Shown: one piece after another, positions 60,268 to 64,000 of the stretch
Layout of the letters: every line of letters begins with the position of its first letter
Numbering within the stretch: position 1 is the stretch's first letter
Assembly (NCBI GenBank): GCA_965240325.2
Contig: OZ251255.1
Location: 124,001-188,000 of the forward strand
Length of the DNA: 64,000 nucleotides
Direction of reading: 5' to 3'
From: Rebecca billardiae RCC1528
Taxonomy: Eukaryota; Protista; Haptophyta
Notes under the pieces: generated by a model
Told to the model about the DNA's origin: nothing
Seen by the model: only the letters and a program-made list of their open reading frames with translations
The model's database searches: none
Made by a program: the position numbers and the translations under genes

Positions 60268-61365
60268 ATGCGGCAGGTGCGCGCTCTTCGGGCGCACACG
60301 TACGGCGATGCCCGGGATGTCCTGGACGTGAGCAGGGTCCCCGCTCCGACGCGCGCATCGCCGGGCGAGGTGCTCGTTCTCGTCGCATGTGCCTCACTCC
60401 GCGTGGCTGACACGTTTCTGCTCACGGGCAAGCACCCAATGTCACCGCCGGTGCCGTACACGCCTGGCCATGATGCGGCCGGTGTCGTGGCGGAAGTCGG
60501 CGCGGGCGTTACACATGTGAGCGTCGGCGATCGTGTGTGGCTCTGCGGCGCTTCGAGTGGCGCGTGTGCCGAGCTGTGCGTGTGTGACGCCAACCGTGTG
60601 CATGCGCTGCCTGAACACGTGACTTTTGCCGAGGCGGCTGCGATGCCAACGCCGCTGCTCACAGCGCATCGTGCGCTGTTCACCAAGGCGCGTGTGCGGC
60701 CTGGCGAGACTATCTTGGTGCACGGTGCGTCGGGGGCTACCGGCCTAGCCGTCGTCACGCTCGCTGCCGCGCACGGCTGCGAAGTCGTGGGGACGGCATC
60801 CACGCCCGAGGGATCGCGAGCCGTGCGCGCCGCAGGTGCCAAGACCGTGCTTGACCACTCGCAGTGGCGTGAGCCCGACCAGCCGATCAGCCTGCCGCTG
60901 GGCGTGCACCCGACGCTGGTCATCGAGATGGCGGCCCACGCCAACCTGCAGAAGGCGGTGGAGGCTGTCGCGCAGGGCGGGCACGTGCTCGTCATCGGCT
61001 CTCACGGCTCACTCGACTTCAGCCCTCGAGCGCTCATGAACCGCGAGGCAACTGTGAGCGGCATGATGGTGCACCACGCATCCGACCAGGAGTACCGCAG
61101 CGCAGTGAACGACGTGCAGGCGCTGATCGCGCGACCGGGTGCAATCGTGCTGCCCCGCGTCGAGGCCGAGTACCCGCTGGAGGAGGCCATCGCTGGCTTC
61201 GACCGCGTGCAGAAGCGAATTGGCCCGCCTGGCTCTTCTGGGCGTGTCGTGCTGCGCGTGCACTCAGATGAGGAGATGGGGAGCGTCGCAGCCACATACT
61301 TGGCCGCCGCCAGTGCTGGCATGCAGCCATCACACGCCAGCACGGCGGCGCGCAATAAGCAGTGA
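60268..61365 (+). CDS. Zeta-crystallin-type NADPH:quinone oxidoreductase, copy 2
   Basis: Same protein as copy 1 except Ala->Thr (g56853 vs a60661; LLAAH vs LLTAH). Confidence 0.92.
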   Translation: MRQVRALRAHTYGDARDVLDVSRVPAPTRASPGEVLVLVACASLRVADTFLLTGKHPMSPPVPYTPGHDAAGVVAEVGAGVTHVSVGDRVWLCGASSGACAELCVCDANRVHALPEHVTFAEAAAMPTPLLTAHRALFTKARVRPGETILVHGASGATGLAVVTLAAAHGCEVVGTASTPEGSRAVRAAGAKTVLDHSQWREPDQPISLPLGVHPTLVIEMAAHANLQKAVEAVAQGGHVLVIGSHGSLDFSPRALMNREATVSGMMVHHASDQEYRSAVNDVQALIARPGAIVLPRVEAEYPLEEAIAGFDRVQKRIGPPGSSGRVVLRVHSDEEMGSVAATYLAAASAGMQPSHASTAARNKQ

Positions 61366-62410
61366 TTCAATAAGGCGACCGGCGGGACCGCGCCCGCCGG
61401 TCGCGCGCCATATCAGTCCATCGGCCGTGAAACGACGCTGCCACCGACTAGTGCGCCGCGGGGTCCAGGCTCCAGCCGGCAGTTGCCGCGCAGCACGCTG
61501 CCGCCGAGAATGCCGTCGTCGCCGTGAGAAGTCGCGCGTGCGGCATCCGAAGTGTGGCGTCAGTCCGAGACTCAGACAGCGCAGCGTCGTCACTCGGATC
61601 GGATTAGCCAGCATCATGAAGCCGCAGTAGTGTCAGTGTGTCACGGCGGATCTGCGGCCGACAGATCGTCATCGTCATCAGTAGCAGCATGCCGCCACTC
61701 GATCATCCGGTACGTCGGCGGCGGCTTAGGCGGTCTTTACTCGTACTATACCGGGACAGGAGACGACGCGGGTAGTAACCGCTGCTATAGCCAATATCTC
61801 TCGGGAGGCGCCCCGGACTGGAGCGCCTATATATATCGGTCAGCCGACCCGGCGCACGGTGGCCCCCGGCCGCGAGTGCCGCCCGGCGACAGCGGCGGCC
61901 TGACGGCCGGGCCCGGGGGCGGCGGGCCCGACTCGGTGGCACCGTGTGAGCGGCGGGGCGTGACCGTATTCATAACATGCACTACGGCCACTAGGTCACT
62001 TACACGACGGCGACGTGACTTATGTGACGGCGCTCGTCAGTCTCAGCAACTAGCAGTGCGCCGCAGCCTGCCCGCTGAGCCTCGGGCGCAATCGCAGGCG
62101 CCGGCCAGACTGAACCGCGTACGTACAGTCGTGCGCTGTACGTCATATGCTGATGCGACTCGGCCCGGTTGCGGCGCAGGCGGTCAGCCCGCGGGCACCA
62201 GACGAGTGCTGTATCCGATCGACTGACGAGTAGATGGATGGCGGCCGACGCCGCGCAGAAGGCGCAGCAGATGCCATGCGGATCCGGGCCGCGGCAGCCG
62301 GCAGCGCGCGCCGCCAGCGCGCTGAGGCGCGCCAGGTCGTCCGCGGCGGCGCCGGCCACGCCGGCCGGTTGGCGGGCGCGCGCGCGGCGCTGGCTGCGTG
62401 GGCCTAGCCG

Positions 62411-63359
62411 CTAGCGCGCGCCAGCGTGCTGCCGCAGCTGCGCCACCTCCAGCTGCAGCTCGCGCGAGCGGCCGTCCACCCACTGCAGCGCGCCCAGGTG
62501 CGCGTCGAGCACGCGCACGAGCTGGGAGAGCTCGGAGCCGCCGCCCAGCCCGCCGCCGAGCGCGTCGGCGGCCGCGGCGTCGGCCGCCGAGCCGCCGGCG
62601 CCGCCGTCGTGGCCGGAGGCGCTGCCCGCGCCGCCGGCGGCGCGCGCCGCGCCGCCCGCGCGCCGGTTGAGCGCGCCGATCGCGGCGGCGAGCAGCCGCG
62701 CGCTCTCCGCGAGCTCCGCGTCCGTCTCCTCCGCCAGCCGGTACGCGGCCTGCGGGGTAGGGGTAGGGTTAGGGGTAGGGTTAGGAGCAGGGGTAGGGTT
62801 GGGGGCGGAGGGCCATGTCGAGAGGGGGCTGTGGTGAGGCGCGCGCGGGCGAGGCGTGGGCGCGCGGTGCACGCCCTCCCCACCCTCGGCCCGACGGCGC
62901 GGCCGCAGCACCGGGCACACGCGCGGCGCGCGCGCAGGCCGGGCGCTTTGCACTGCGCTGCGCTCGCTCACCGCGCGCTCGACGGCGGCCGCCTCGCCCT
63001 CGAGCGAGAGCTCGCGCTCCACCGCGCCCTCGAGCTTGGTCAGGTGGTCGTGCAGCGCGTCCTGATGCTCAAGCACAAGCTCGAGCTCGGCGTCGAGCTC
63101 GTCCTGCGCCTCGCGCACCTGCAGGGGGGCACGCGCGGGTCGTGTGTCGCGCTCGGCGGTGGGCGCGCGTGCGCACACGCGCGCGCGCCGCCACCGAGGC
63201 GCGCACAGTCCGGGCGCACAGTCCGGGGGGACGGACGCAGCGGCGCGCGGCGCGCCCGCACGCGCCGCACCCGTAGCACGTCCTCGTGCAGCGACACGAT
63301 GGTGGCGCGGTTGGCCGCGATGGCCGAGTCCCACGCGCGCAGCTGCGCCGCCTGCCTGC
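62411..63359 (-). pseudogene. NUP62: 5'-truncated Nup62/Nsp1 fragment, copy 2
   Basis: Duplicate of 58602-59550; introns at 63270-63119 and 62971-62750. Confidence 0.85.
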
Positions 63360-64000
63360 AGCAAGGTAAGCGTCCGCAGAGCGATCAAACATCGGGCGCG
63401 CAGCATCGTTGCGCCATCCTCTTCCATTGCACGAGCGCTGCTGGACGAGGTAAACGTCGTCACGCTCGTGGCAGATGCGCTGCGCTTCATGTGCCTGCTC
63501 GAGCAGCGCGTGCCCACCCTCGATCGCGAGTGGCACACGCTCCTGCACTGCGCGCGCGCGCACCGCACCGAGAGCTCCTGATACCGCCTGATGGCCGAAC
63601 GTGCGAGTGCCGGACCTGGCGCGCGGAGCGGCGAGCGCCGACGAGCGCTTGGACCTGGACGCGCTGTTGCGCAGCGTGGCGGCCGTGCACGACGCCGACG
63701 CGACCTTCGCGAACCCGCTGGGGAAATATTGCGACAGCACTGGCACGGCCCGCCGACCCCCCCGCCCGCCAGGGCAGAGTTTACTGTTCTTTGTGCAGTG
63801 TTGGATGGCGTCAATCACGCCTTAACCAAGTGTGCACGTTAAAACATAGTATAAACTGTAGTTGTTACGAGCCCCATGAACAGTGATCAGTACCCGCGCT
63901 TACCCTGATATATATATATGGCATGTCGTCAGGGTTGATATATGGTGATGCCAAGCCGAACGATTTCATGCGCGATGTGCGCTGAATCCGCTGATAATCC

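Larger units (their letters stand above)
55745..64000. repeat. ~3.8-kb tandem segmental amplification: copy 1 55745-59550 (3,806 bp), copy 2 59551-63359 (3,809 bp), copy 3 from 63360 (partial)
   Basis: agcaaggtaagcgtccgcagagcg recurs at 55745, 59551 and 63360. The ORF track is duplicated with an offset of about 3,806-3,809. Confidence 0.97.

Noticed and set aside
55745-64000. Transposon or LTR element as the 3.8-kb repeat
   Set aside because: No transposase, RT, TIR, LTR or target-site duplication is visible; the unit is a head-to-tail slice of ordinary genes.

Overview
Very GC-rich nuclear DNA from a eukaryote with GT-AG spliceosomal introns. A sigma-70 factor carrying a signal peptide suggests an alga with a complex plastid, probably a haptophyte (inference). 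From 5' to 3': (1) The 3' 24 kb of a giant, apparently intronless polycystin-1 (PKD1)-like gene, which starts upstream of the window. It has at least 33 indel-free 390-bp units encoding a Ser-Pro3-5 rod of about 4,500 aa, then IPT/TIG, REJ, EGF and GAIN/GPS domains, five TM helices and an EF-hand-like pair, but no channel module. (2) PSMD9/Nas2. (3) A minus-strand EF-hand protein with 5 exons. (4) A plastid-type sigma factor with 3 exons. (5) A kinase-less Mad3/BubR1-like protein with 3 exons. (6) A ~3,625-aa gene with 8 exons that fuses two complete [6TM pore-CNBD-ankyrin] channel modules with different selectivity filters (TALGYG vs TTLGMA). (7) A recent ~3.8-kb tandem amplification (2 full copies plus a partial third). 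Its only intact gene is a zeta-crystallin-type NADPH:quinone oxidoreductase, and its breakpoints cut Nup62 and a small upstream ORF. Several introns have complementary ends or complementary microsatellites. All gene models were spliced by eye; the four complete multi-exon models give lengths divisible by three. No database searches were run.
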